Shown piece by piece: positions 10,699 to 24,656 of a DNA stretch of 64,000 nt. The stretch's first letter is position 1. Each line of letters opens with the position of its first letter. The stretch lies in NCBI RefSeq assembly GCF_000150275.1, contig NW_002060949.1, forward strand, positions 30,672 to 94,671. Direction: 5' to 3'. Made by a program: the position numbers and the translations under genes. Origin of the DNA: Trichoplax adhaerens (lineage: Eukaryota; Animalia; Placozoa). The notes under the pieces are model-generated. The model was given only the letters and a program-made list of their open reading frames with translations, did not search any database and was not told where the DNA came from.

Positions 10699-13600
10699 AT
10701 GAGTGATCCAGAAATTTTACAGCCCTCTAGTTCAGGAGCTGCAGATGTTCCTTGTTCGAGCAGGTACAGTAGAAGAGTTGTAGTGCTATAGTATCATCAA
10801 GGTATAAAATAGTGGAAATAGCCGATTATAGATATTCAAGTAACCGGTGTCGTGGTTGATGGAGGGAAAAGTGATTTCATGTCCAGTGTAATGTTATTAC
10901 TACTTTCCATTTTGAAGTTCTAGTAGCGATGAACCTGCTGAACTGATTACACGTGGTAAAAGACATTTATATTGCGAAGATTTTGAAGTAGCAACAACTT
11001 ACTTCCAAGAAGCATGTGAGAAACTGTAGGTATCATCAATCTCCTGCTACTAAGTCTATTATATTATCTTCAAGTGATGGATGTAAAATTCTATTGACTG
11101 CTGAGCTTCATTTCACGCGTAATATCTATCATGCGATTCATGCCATTCATCATCATTTTCTACTCATGCCGACATCTCTAGTGATGCAGTTTATTTTAAT
11201 AATTTTAAAATGATAGATGAAGGAAAACGTGTGATTAGCTGAATTATCTGTAGAATAACGCAAGCGTTAGCGACATCGATTGATCTATTGTAATGTGTAT
11301 AGGAATGCTCCTGACCCTGATGATGACTAAAACCATTTCACTTCATTACCAAACGGCTAATCTGTCAACAATCGTTGCAACATTATTTCCGGTCGTACAA
11401 TAATATACGGTACAAGTTATTTAGCGTGTTAACTTATTACAGTATATGCTAATATTCCAATGCAATTTCCGCATGGCTGTATCCAGTGTACTATCATTTT
11501 TAGAGCATTGTATTAGTCAGCCCGGAACAATAAACTAAAAGTTGATATTCTTGATAGTGCGTACTTGATACTTTATACCGTGCTCTTTAAAGGACTAATT
11601 GGACTAGAACCTCTACTATCGTTACTATACAATATCCAATAGTTCTGCCTTGCCTAAGAATTTACAGTTTTTGTCCCTTATGTAGTGAAAGATAGCCGTT
11701 AAACTGAAAAATTTCCACCTATAATTCCACTGCTTTATATCTAGACATCCAGACATTTTGATGAGTACTAATAGCGTTGTTGCGGAAGTTAAAACTGACC
11801 ACCATCTACGATGATAAGTAATCAATGGGACATGTTTAGGGTCACTATTTTGTGCATTGCTGTAGAATTATTAACATTTGCTATTGATATTGCTATACTA
11901 CTGTACAAGTCTACATGGATGTACTATAACTTCTATATAAGAGTGTGGTGAGATTGACTTCTGTGCTGTGGGTTCTGAATTAGATGGCTATTAGTTTACT
12001 ATACAAGAATATATGCTAAAATTGCAGCATACACCTACATTCTGCTAAGGCACAGTTCCGCATTTCATTTGGTACAATAGGAAAAAACCATGAGTTTGTT
12101 ATGCAGCTACGAAGAAAGAGTTAAAAATTTCCAGGATTTGGCGTTGATAATTTAATTAACTTATAAGTAACGTTATCGTTACTATAATTAGCCATTATAG
12201 TTCTTGCTACGTGTAAGCGTATGTGATGATTTAGTCAGGATGTTGTTTTGACTGGAATGGATATTATGTAGAACATTAGATGGAAATTGTTAGTTAAATT
12301 ATTTTGTAATCCTTATAATCAATCATAGAGCAGCCAAATACGGCCAGGTTGCTGACGAATGCGGTGAAGCTTATTTTTATTATGGTAGATCACTACTAGA
12401 ATTGGCGAGGTGAGAATACATTCTGCAGTTGTTATCATATTATTCCTTCGTTATAAATGAATAATTAGTTATATATATTTAGTATGCTAATTATGCTATC
12501 TAAAAACGGACCTATATTACCTAGTACTGACTATGAGTGAAAGTTTTATGCCGTAGTACTGTGTGAAAGCACACCATAGAGAGTTCTATCATATATTATG
12601 CTTACCAATCTTTTATTTGAAATCTATTCGAGGCACATCCCTGTGTAATAATTTTACTCGGGAGTCGGAAATTCAACACATTTGGTGGCATTTTTTGATT
12701 ACATTACTAATCCTTATTTTATATATCCGTATTATTATAAAGACAAGATGCAAGCCTCTTTGATCCTACCAACGCTACCGGTATGATCTATTTCTATTTA
12801 TTCATGTGTACACTGTAGTACAGTATATGATGACCGAACAGACAATAATGATGATAACTTATCAGTTTATGAGTATAAAACACTGTTTTCATTGTATTAT
12901 ACCCGTAGTATCGTTATATAATAATAATCTACAGTATATAACAAATATTCCTATACCCACATTGTTTAGGTAAAGCTGCAGCGGAGGATGCTGATGATAG
13001 TGAAGATAGCGATGGCAATAACGTATCTGCCCTACCAGGTTTGTTATTATTGTAGTGCAGTAGTATATACGTACAACGGTTTAGTCCTAAGGAATTGAAG
13101 TTGATATTTTAAAATAGCCAACTCGCCTGAACTATATTCTTACAAGATTTTATAATGTCTTTCATAACTTTGCTTTAATTTATGCAGTAGCGACAGCCAA
13201 TCTTGACCCTGGATGGGGATCCTCAAGTCAAGATGACTGTGAATGTTGCAGTGGTAACAATGATACCAATGCAGGTTGGCCCTATTCAACTATAATTTAT
13301 TTACAGTTTATCTTTCATTGTAAATGATGATCTAACCTTCCACGTGGTATTTACAATACGCATAGGAGATAATATTGCGAAAGAACAAATTCCCCAAGCA
13401 GTTGATGATGATTCCGGTGATGAAGATGTAAATAATTAATTAATTAATAATTTTTGCATATGAGTAGTAGCGGTGACCTTTTTTCTCTTTAAAAACAAAT
13501 TTTTTACGAATTTTTACGTACTATCGTCGAATCAGCAAGGAAAAGAAGATGCAGGAGACACCAATGTTTTACAGTTAGCTTGGGAAATGTTGGAGCTTTC

Positions 13601-15205
13601 ACGTATTATTTACTCGAGGTAGAATATTCATCTACAATAAGGAAAAAATTCATACGGAAACATTAGCAAGTATCTAAATTTTACCAGCACAATGTAATTA
13701 CTTGTGAATTAAATATTCAGGAAGGACAATAAGGATTCGAAATTGCGTTCAAGTGAAATTTATCTCGAACTGGGACAAATTGGTCTAGAATCCGGTAAGG
13801 CCATGTCGAACTAGGTTATTCTGATATGCTTATATTTAATTTAACTAACTTTTTAACGGCTGTAAATTTTTTAGAGCAATATGATCAAGCTATTATTGAC
13901 TTTAAAAGTGCCTTAAGTTTACAACTGCAGACGTTAGAGTCAGATAGTAGACTGATATCATTATCGTATCCTTTCTCTATTTACTTCCTCAGCAATTTAC
14001 GTGAATTATCTTTAAAATCAATTATAATGTACTTTGCATGTAATTATGCGTATTTGCTGCTGATAAAAAGGGAGTAGATTCCTTTACTTGGTAGACATTA
14101 TAATATTGCCCTAGCCTACTTATACAACAGACAATATGATGAAGCGGTAGAAGTAAGTACATTTATACTCCCAGCTATTTTCTATCTAAATCTGAAGTAA
14201 ACGTAAAATACATAAAATTAATAAATTGTTGAAACTTCTTTTAACAGTCCTTTACTGGCGCAGTTGCTGTTGTAAAAAATAGATTAGGTTTGTATGATCT
14301 GATTTAAGCGGTAATAACATGCCGTTGTGTAATGCCAATTGTGTTATTAATTTGTCAAATTTACTCCTTTAGCAAACCTTGCAGAGGTTATCGAGAATCA
14401 TGGTGGCACTGGAAAAAGTTAGTAAAGATCACTTAAAAGTTGAGATTTCTGTGTATATAGAAAAAGGGCGTAACTGTGACTGAAGTTTGACGGTGATATC
14501 TTCGTAGAACCTGATGAATTAACCAAGGAGAGGAGAGAAGTTGAAGAATTGCAAAGCATTATTCCAGATATTAATGCAAAGGTAATAGTGTACTTGTTTT
14601 ACTATAATCGTGACGTGAAATGTTGTCATCGTTATTGGATAATACTGTTATAAGAGTACTATTTTAAGACTATCTACTAAATTTTGTTGGCTAGATCGAG
14701 GATGCAAAAGAAGAAAAAAGACAGTTAATTGCTAGTAGTGCTGCCAGCGTAAAGCAATTAATGGAGTCTGCGCTTGGTGATAATTTTGGTATGCAATCTT
14801 CTAGTTCTGGTAATGCACAGGCGACAAGTATTAATCACTTGGTTCGTAGAAAGGTAAACTTGATTTATGTATCCGAGATACAAAGATTTCAATTAACTCA
14901 GCTATCTTTTTAGGCAATTTTATCATTTCACTTACTCTACGTTAGAGCATTTTTACGTTTTTTATGAAATATTTTCCATTGGAATTGCTCACTTTTAGCG
15001 CAAAGATGAAGATAATAATGTAGATGTGAAGAAAGCGAAACTGGATGTAATTACTCAAGTAAGGAGTGTAATATTGATATTTTTGAGTATTTAAGCTTAT
15101 GAATGTATAGATTTAGATGCTATTCTTGTACTGTACTTTGATCACATGTAGGAAGCGTCAACTGAAAGTGAAAGAGAATCCGTACAAGAAAGCAAGGAAG
15201 ACTAA
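10699..15205 (+). CDS. NASP: NASP/N1N2-family SHNi-TPR histone H3/H4 chaperone (~17 exons)
   Basis: Spliced translation [12 protein letters not shown]...[57 protein letters not shown], an acidic insert, then [69 protein letters not shown] and [11 protein letters not shown] (NLS). All are recognisable NASP motifs. Stop TAA at 15203-15205. Confidence 0.93.
13966..14094 (+). other. U12-type (minor spliceosome) GT-AG intron in NASP
   Basis: The 5' site GTATCCTTT is the U12 consensus. Branch-like TTCCTTTAC lies at 14079-14087, just before TAG (14092-14094), with no polypyrimidine tract. Removal restores the frame ...[14 protein letters not shown]. Confidence 0.88.
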
Positions 15206-16084
15206 TGTCAATAACATTAATCTAAATTATACTTACATTAAAAGAATGAATGTTGTTGGAATTCTCATAAAATTGTGTTTATAGTTTTGTCCGATTGAAT
15301 TAATCATGTGTAAGGTATTCATCTCGATTTAATTGTTCGAATAAGCGAAACCTGGTTGCATGCGTTGCTAAGAAAATTTCGATTGCAATGTTTGTTTTTA
15401 TTGTTTGCTGGTTACGAAAAGTATTTCCGTTAGACTCTCGGAAAAGTTGCTTTTTGATGTATCTTTGAAGGGGAAAATGTTCCATTTAACTGTAATTTAT
15501 TGACATACCTTCTTCAGTGGTTTAGTGAATAGTTCTAAAATATTTTGAAGCTCCTTATCCGGACACTATTGTCTATATTTAAGGTTGCATATGCGTATGT
15601 AGACCGTATTACCCATAATTATATTCATTAAAAGTTAAAAAATCTAGTTTATTTACAAGTATTTTAATAATATGTTACCAATGTAGAACTGTAGGTTATT
15701 ACCAAAATAGTAATTCAAAAATTGAACTGTCCTATGTAAGCTGCAAAACGTAATCTATATAAAATGTTTGAGCTAAATTTATATATGTTTCACATCGATT
15801 GCCTTTGCTGAAAGTTCCCTGTAATGGTTCGTAACTTTTAGTAAAACATTGTACGTCTTGATACTGTATTACTAGATCTATTGAGTAGTGTCTTGAATAC
15901 GTATACTGGTCGAGTACTAATTTTATTATTTGTTCCTAATTGGTTGTAACATTAGATTCAACTAGGAGTCAAATTATTAGATATAATAATAATCACCGGA
16001 GATGCTATTAGAATACCGTAGTTGCAACTGGTAGTAATAGTTTACTTACACTCGAATAAATAGAAATTATGCTAAATCTTCCTA

Positions 16085-19000
16085 TCAAATTTCTTTCAAT
16101 TTTTTTTTATGTAAATTGGAACTCTTAGCAAATTGACTTTTTACAATTTGTAGTGGCATCGTTTTTCTATTTAAATGTATTCGGTTTCGACAGTCTCTTA
16201 ATCCTAGTATTTTTGAAACTGATTCAGTCAATTCTTTATCTTGATTACTGTGTTTAAAAGAATAATAAGCAAAAATGAAACCAGTCATATACGCATCGAA
16301 TCCTGCTCTATGGATTCCTGAACGATGAAGTAAGAGCTTTCGATTTACTTGATTACAAGTTTCACTTTTAGCTTTTTCGGTGGCTTCACCTAAGTGTGTA
16401 GCAACAGAAAACAAATAAATCTATCGCTAATTGACCTGATACAGAGTGAGAAAATGATGCGTACGTATAATATTGCAAATGGTACCGTTATCATTCTCAA
16501 TCTTTCTCTTTTTCGATCGTTTATTTGTCAACGCTTGTTCTTCCATAAATAATACATCGTCTATGTTATGTGATTTGTTGCACTCTATTCCAGATGGACA
16601 GTATCCACGAGTCTAGCGAAAGATAACAGAAGTTGAGTAACGACTTTATTTATTCATTATAACGATAATGGAAATGATGGCAAGATCGGATTAATTACAA
16701 AATATCGATTATATTTAATTATTTTTCTTAATAACTACGCCTCCATGTAGAAGAGGATTTTTGATACAGTATCATTCGTTTTAAAGCTAATTAGAATTAA
16801 CTGAAGGTACGGTAATTATTGTGCATTGCCGTAAAGTCAATGATACAAATATTTTTATATTGCACGTACAAATATCCACTTTATTCTATATTAAATCAAA
16901 TAATATGTGTGTGCTGTGATCATTGCAACTAAAGCATTCTTATACGTTAGTAAAGTCAGAAAGTGGTAAAATTTAAAATTGCTTCCTATCAACTCCTTTA
17001 AATCTAATTTACAGTACTTCAATTACGTGAATAAAGAAATTACAGTGTAAAATTTAATCAATTGTAATACTACGATTAAAAATTAGCACTTGCTTACATA
17101 CCGCAAACGGTTGGCACACGTTGACCGGCCTGCTAAGATTGGTCTCGGAATCGAATGGAAAAACAGAGCAATCCACCAAGTCAATACTTTCATGAAGTAT
17201 CTTTGGATAATCACACTGCTTTGTTATAATATGTCTGTCATTATTACTGCGATTTTGCACATTTTCTCTTTGCCTGTAGTGCAAATAGTGAAATAATAAA
17301 ATTCTTTATATATGACTGACATTAGCAATTTACTGCAAATAAGAAAAATTATATGCAAAGCATAAATTTCATAACCACGTAGCCACTTACAGTTTTCTAA
17401 AAACATATTGTAGATATGTACTACTTTCATCGCCTTTCACTCTAGCAATATATTTTGTGTCATAGATACCGCCTTCGAACATTTCAGATAAGTCAGCAAC
17501 AAAAGTGTCTAATTTTAAAGGAAGCTCTAAATACAGATTTTGGTATAAAAAGACTAGATCGGCTAATCCATTATGAACAATAATAGGCTTTTTAGATTTG
17601 ATGAGTTCCAAGAGTAATCGACGTAAGTAATTTCCAATTTTAGGATTTTCATCACCGGTCTAATAAAGATTAATACATTGCGATTATTTCCTGATATATT
17701 GTTATAGTCTGTTTTGTAATGAATAATACTGCATCTCTAGTAGTGCAATAGCACCTCGCTAGCAAAACAATAAATTCCACAAAAATATTTTAAGACTATC
17801 CTGTTTACCTTATCGTTTCCTCTACGAAATGAAATGCCAGATGAATATTGTCGGTTGAAATTAAATCCATGATGTACTAGAAATTGCAATGACTCTGGAT
17901 CTACTGTGTAAGCTTCGTCGCACAGCGTCATCATGTTAAATGTCTGTGTCATTACGGTAGTATATTCTGCATCGCCGTCTTCATTGTCGTATACTTGTAG
18001 CCTGTGAAAGCAGGATATGCCTAGAGCTATGATAGCTCTTGTCGCAGCAACGTGACTGAGGACTTTATATCGATCATCCAACGAGCTAAAGGAATGGATT
18101 ACACAATGTTAATCGCCTATCTAGGTTATTCAAATTAACCAAATGCGTTCTACTGCATCTGCTAAACTTCATGCGAGCCATTAAACGATGTGCAAGCACG
18201 CATACTATATTTTGCATACTAGTGATTGAATTTTTATTTCAGAAATACCAAACAGATTCGACATAAAGGAGCTGGCAATATAAAGAACTTTTGTCATGAC
18301 TCGCGTATAATTTGGCATCAACACCAACCAGGTAGATTGACAGCATATTGATTGCACTTTCTTCAAGGATGAAATAGCTGACAATTGCGAAAATTTCCCA
18401 TAAAGTAACAGTAGATCAACTGTGATGTTGATAACGACTACAGTACTCGTATACAAAGTACGATATACAGTACAGTAAGTCGCACAGTTTTTGTACATAT
18501 TATATAATTATTATTCATGCATAGTAGAACATAAACCTACGTACAGTAGATAAAAAGTTACAGTAAATTATAATTATTTAAGATCTCTGAATGATATATA
18601 GGTCCATAGTTATGCTAGAAGTTAATCCTGCAATGATTGCGTACACTTCTCATTGGTATAACACAATTTTTCAAGTGCATTTTTCAAAAATTTTCTACTT
18701 ACGCCGCTCCAAGATCCTTTCTATTCCCGAGGCCGCTTAATTCCTAGACAGAAGGTTACAATATACCACGAATTAATTGATCAAAGCTAACACTTGGACA
18801 ATACTTTACAGCTATCGTATATCAGTGGATTTCACCATTCTCTTAATTCGTTAATACGTATAACAAAAGATTGGAATAGTCGAAATATCTATAGCTAAAG
18901 TTATTGCTGTTCAAATTGCGATGAGACAACAACTATACTCTAATCTAGCGGATGTACCGGGAATCTAGTAATCCATTTCCCCCTTAACAGTTCGACACGT

Positions 19001-19163
19001 ACAGAAGATATCAAATCTCAGTAAATTTGATGATACTCACCAGATCGATTGCCACGAAACTAGCAGAATTAATAGCATGTATAATGCTTGGAAATAGTTG
19101 TTTTACATTGGATTTATCAACAATAACCACGGCAACCTTCCACGGAAGCACTAGTTGGCTCAT
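16085..19163 (-). CDS. TOE1: Target of EGR1 protein 1 (CAF1-family DEDD deadenylase with CCCH zinc finger)
   Basis: Exons give VAVVIVDKSNVKQLFPSIIHAINSASFVAIDL/ELSGLGNRKDL, DDRYKVLSHVAATRAIIALGISCF, FLVHHGFNFNRQY, HNGLADLVFLYQ...GGIYDTKY, a CCCH finger (VCQPFA/TRGYCPSGIECNKSH), a basic NLS (KRSKKRK) and HRAGFDAYMTG. The start may be an upstream in-frame ATG (19202 or 19220). Confidence 0.93.
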
Positions 19164-19220
19164 CGCAGAGCTATGCATACTTGCTTTGGACTTTCCGAGC
19201 ATGGAGTTTTCAACGAACAT

Positions 19221-19712
19221 AGTGAGCGCTTTGCTTACGATTAACTGTGTAATATACAATATACTGTAAACATGTGGGCGCTGAAGTATGTTTTGGGTTA
19301 CATGATAGCGGTTTTACCATCAGAAGTATTGAATAGGTTGGACCAATCTGAGACTGTAGCTGACATGATAATGGTATTAGTTCTAGTATGTACAATTCAG
19401 TAGTATAGTACAGTATGCGTTGCAATGTACTATTCTAAACAGTATATTAATATAGTTAGAGTCCATAATGCACTCCACTCCGTAGGTTAATAGTTAGTTC
19501 GCCTACGTTGCAATGGCTGCAGCTTCATAAGCTTGACAAGTTTGCAACAAGTTTTAATGATGCAACTCTTATTCAATTAGTAAACTATGAAGCTAAGTTA
19601 ATTAAATGGTCATAGAATATAGCTGTCAAGTGCTAAAAGTTAGTTTTCAAACGGATCGGTATTAAGACATCATTTGTGGCTCTTCTCGTTGAAGTACTGT
19701 CCCCATGCAAAG
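19221..19712. promoter_or_regulatory. Putative bidirectional promoter between TOE1 and PIGG
   Basis: Divergent start codons are only ~500-550 bp apart. Inferred from gene geometry. Confidence 0.55.
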
Positions 19713-22700
19713 ATGGACCTCGATCGGCATAAACTATTCTTACTGATCTTGGTAGTTTATCACTTAGTTGCAATAGGGCTATTTGCTAAAGGCTACTTTC
19801 CTATTAAGACTAATGCTGCAGGGTACTCTACTTTAGTGACTACTCCACCAGAACCGTATAAACCGGCTAGATGCGATGGAGTATGGTGTGGCAGCAATTA
19901 TACAATACCACCTCAATTTGGTCGATTGGTCATTATGGTCATCGATGCTTTACGAGCTGATTTTATCTTAAGTCAAACTCAACGTATGCAATTTGTTGAG
20001 CAGTTAATTAATTCACGTCAAGCACTAGCGTAAGTAGATAATGACAGAGACCTAGTAAATTTGATGTTATCAGTAATTAAATCAAACATCGTAATAAATC
20101 AGCAATCATGATGATACGCGCATAGATATTCACTTCTTACTGCACAAGGTGTAATGATTTGCAGGCCTGGTTGCAAACGTTGAAGAGATCAGAGACCAGA
20201 CCGTCAATATACCAATAGTCACAATGTATATTAGTAGATCAATTACAGAGCTATTCCCTGATAGCATATTCTAATTAATTAAAATGAATGCATGTATTAA
20301 TGTAACCTGAAAAGCTCATCGATATCAACTACCTATTTCTAGGTATCCGGTCAAAACTCATACACCTACAGTTACTACTCCAAGAATTAAGGTACATTAC
20401 TTCATATTGACTGCTGTGATGCATAACCACCAACTTAAAGAGTTACTTAATTGGTTTATTTTACTTTAATCAGTTATTAACAGGTAAGGTAGGTAGCTAC
20501 TGTAGTTATATTGGAGGAGATAACATTTTACGGAAATATAATGCATAAATTTAGTTTATCTCTGATGACTCTTTTGACATTATTGGTATTCATTCCAGTC
20601 TATGACTAGCGGAAGTATACCTGGCTTTTCGGATTTTTTTGGTAATATGGCATCAACTTCTTTGAATGATGATAATATTTTATCGCAATTTCTCCGTGCA
20701 AAATGGAATATCACTTTCTTTGGCGATGATACCTGGGTGAAATTATTTCCTAAGTAAGCCTGATATTGCCTATGCGGGTATATTTGTTTGACAATCATTT
20801 CACTTCTTCTTATAGCATTTAATAATGACTTAATTTGTTTATGATATTGATAAGGCACTTTCTGCGAAAAGATGGCGTCATTTCTTTTTTTGTTTCGGAT
20901 TTTTATGAGGTAAAAATCGTTTTGTAGGCCTGCTGTATATTGTTAGTTTGTTGCTGGACCATTGATATCATAGTAGCTTTTCTTGCATGGTAGTTGATAA
21001 TTTTACAATTGCGTTGAATTAACAGTAATTTAACTGATACGTATATATTTACTACGCGACGTAGGTTGATAATAATGTGACTCGCCACGTTCGACCTGAA
21101 TTACGTCGAAAAGATTGGCAAGTGATGATCCTTCATTACCTCGGATTAGATCATATTGGTCATACGGCCCGACCAAGCAGTCCCCTTGTAGTACCAAAAT
21201 TGAAGGAAATGGACGACATTGTTAAAGTTATCTATAATGCCTTGGAGGATCAGGTAAACTAAACTATTATATATAATTTAGTGGTACCTTTGAAAAGTTA
21301 GTACCCAGTATAAACTATTAGCTTTCTATGTTAAATAATCTAATTAGTGGAAAATCCAAGTTTAATATCTAATCTTTAAATACGTTGTAATGTTCAGGAT
21401 AAACATACGAAATTACCTTCATTGTTTGTGCTGTGTGGTGATCATGGCATGAGCGATACTGGCAGCCATGGCGGTGCATCATATGCAGAAATAATGACAC
21501 CATTTGTCTTTATGAGTCCCACCTTTGCCGACAAATCCTTACCTTCATCCCCCAAAAGCAGCACGGTAGATAAGCTGTTACAAAAGCAAGTTAATCAAAT
21601 TGATTTTGTGCCAACAATTTCAACGCTTTTTGGCTTTCCTATCCCAAAGAATAATTTGGGTGTTGTTATTAACGAGTTAACTAGCGTCAACTATGAAGAT
21701 GATCTTGAGTCTTTAAGGTATAAATTAAGATCTCTTCAGTTAAATATCGATCAACTGATGGTCATCTGTAAGAAAAATATTCCATCAGGTATATACCTTA
21801 AGATATTTTACTGAAAGCTTCACTCAATGTTATTGCTATATGTTAATGAATAATCTTACGATATATTTTGAATGACTAGATTCACTATGGCGTCATTATC
21901 AACATATTCAGCAGTCACATAGTGATTGGCTTCGAGAGTACCATCGATCAAATCACTCAAATAGTAATCACCTAATTGTGAAAGCAGAACATATTATAAA
22001 TCTGTATTCTGACCAATTACATGCTGTAAGTGATAGATTGGTTGCTTCTTTATCTAATTACGACCTTTATACTATGGCTATTGGACTTTTATTACAATTT
22101 GAGGTACTGTAATTCCATACTATACTATATACGCTATGTGTACGTATATGTATGCATAGGAATTAATGCAGCATCATATTAGAAAATTTTCTGTTTGAAT
22201 AATTTCTGTTAACCTTCTTTATGATTGATTAAGGTATATTTTTTCCTGCTCTATGGATTTATCCACTTTCAGTTATTTCGATCATTTCCACAGACCCTCC
22301 CTATAGAAAAGCTTACAAGCACCGTTGCTGGTTTTATATTCTTTATTTGCTCTTCTTTGATTATGCTAATACATTTAGTATTGTGCACAGGTTTAAATTT
22401 TACTAAAAGCGCATTGTGTAGGTAAGTATCCGAAAAAATTGATGCCGTAGGACTTATTCCTTTTATTTACGGATAACTATACACTAATTTATTTAAACTT
22501 TTTAGTACATCCGTTATAGAATCTATCTGTGTTCTAATTACTGTATGCGGCTTCGGTTATGGAATAGCGAATTTTCTATGTTGCTTAAGTTCAGCTGCAG
22601 TTTTGGCAAAGGACTTTAAAAGAATGGTTATAGACTTTTGTAGGCTTGATACAGCATTTCAATTTCTGATTATTAGCATTATCTTTCATACATTTACGCT

Positions 22701-24656
22701 ATTTTCCAGTAGCTTTATCGAGGAAGAACACCAGGTAACATTCTAATTATTATAGAAGAATTTTATGGTTGATTAAGATGAGCATGTCGGTAAATAAACT
22801 GTCCAATTTATATCTATCCATAATTACAATAGACATGGTATTACATATGCCCGACGTTCTTTGCGATGTTATCACTATCCTTTTTAAGACAGTATTTCTC
22901 AGAGACTCGTTGGGGTGAGAATGTTATTGCTAAAGCATCTTCGAGGACTATTCCTTCCCGAAGTGGAACAAGACGTATCCGCAAGATTGTTAGTAGCTCA
23001 CACTATGATCAAACTGCCCATTCTGGACCTGTTTTTCATCAAGATAGGATGGGCATGGCTGCAAATCTAACTAATTTTGAAGACCAAAGACTCCAATCTT
23101 TTGTCTCTACCTCCGACTTTGATGACAGTACAACTACTGATAAAGTCTCCATTTGGCAAGCGAAGAAGGAAATTCTTTGTTCTACTTGCATTTTGGCCTG
23201 CAGCCGTCTTATCAGGTCGTGGAATCGAACAGGTGATAAATGGTCCCATCTTCCAGACGTCGGAGACTGGCTAAATTTGTAAGTAATTAGTTTATAGATG
23301 TAAATTTTCATGGTACTGCATATAATGCAATGAGAATAATTAAAAATGGTCTTAAATTTTGTTATGGAATAGACCCGATAACAAAGTTATTTTATCAATT
23401 ACTTCCCTCCTGTCTTTATTGGCAATTCATATTTTACGCACGACGTGCCATACAAAGTTCGAACAAGTAATTATAGCTTGCGGACTTTTATGCTGTTATG
23501 CATATCGAGCAGCACTTGGAACTACTATCTTACCTATACCTCTATCTAATATGTAAGTAAAAATAGTTTACTGTGTAGTTAGCTTCACAGTGATGCTACT
23601 GATACATATTGCAATGTTGCAACTATTAGGGGTATCATAGAAGCGAGGATAACTTATCTGTGTATACTTACCCTTCTCATTCGGTCATTCATTTTTTGTC
23701 GATGTGAGGAACATAGACCTTTTTCTTTGTAATTTGAATTATCTTACTATGAATTGGAGCGAACCTACTAATTGCTAAGTACTTTACAGGTAAAGTAAAG
23801 AAGTTGGACTTGATATTTTCTGGAGTAGTTTTATTATCGGTGCTGTTAGCGCGATGTCACAATGCGACAATTTTGGCCATGGTATTACTGCAGATATATT
23901 TACTCGACAAAGTCATTTGGCCAAAGTATACAATATGTTATAGAACTAAGGATTATTATATAATTTATTCGATGCTACTTTTACTAATATCGACAAAAAC
24001 ATTTTTTTGCAACAGGTTGAGAATTTCTTCCTTACTCGTAGCCTGTGCTCATTATAGTATTGGGCAAGCATGCTATTTCGCACTTGTTAGTCTACAGTAT
24101 GATCTAACATTCCTTTTAATAGAACTATATATTAAACTAAGCCGAGCTATTGTTTTGTTTAGGGAAATTCTAATAGTTTGGCCACAGTTGATATTTCAGC
24201 TGGATTCGTTGGATTAAGAGGGCACAATGATATTGCAATGGTAATATTAACGTTTGTCGGTACCTACACTGGTCAACTAATCGGAGCCATGTCCTTTATC
24301 ATATACAGTTTAAAACAGAGGTTTGCAACCTAAATATGCGTGCATTGACTTCGTTAAATATGGACGTATTTATTCGAAGGGCTAATTAGTATCTCTATAT
24401 GTTTTACTATCTTTACAGCAACAGCTATCTAAATTTATGGCAATATTGTGGTGTCCTGTTATTGTCCAGATCGCAAATTATTTCCTTCTATTATTTACTC
24501 GTTGATGTTATGAGATATCATCCATTTTCATGGAGTGTCTTTTTACCCAAGTTAATGTACGAAGGGGCTACCTCAATTGTCTATTGTTTACTGATTACCA
24601 TTATATTATTTTCGATTGGGAAAGTTCAGAATTTTGAGTATTCTATTAAAACGTAA
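19713..24656 (+). CDS. PIGG: GPI ethanolamine phosphate transferase 2 (PIG-G/GPI7), multi-exon
   Basis: N-terminal TM helix then FAKGYFP, RLVIMVIDALRADF, HTPTVTTPRIK, FFGDDTWVKLFP, SFFVSDFYEVDNNVTRH, ILHYLGLDHIGH, CGDHGMSDTGSHGGAS, QIDFVPT, SSFIEEEHQ, WNRTGDKW, GNSNSLATVD and MRYHPFSWSVFLPK. These are PIGG rather than PIGO signatures. Confidence 0.93.

Noticed and set aside
11317-11370. TGATGA box-C-like motif in NASP intron 2 (possible C/D snoRNA)
   Set aside because: No properly placed CTGA box D or terminal stem.
18205-18498. 97-aa ORF and a plus-strand exon-like block in TOE1 intron 2
   Set aside because: No homology recognised. The implied plus-strand intron would be only ~36 nt.
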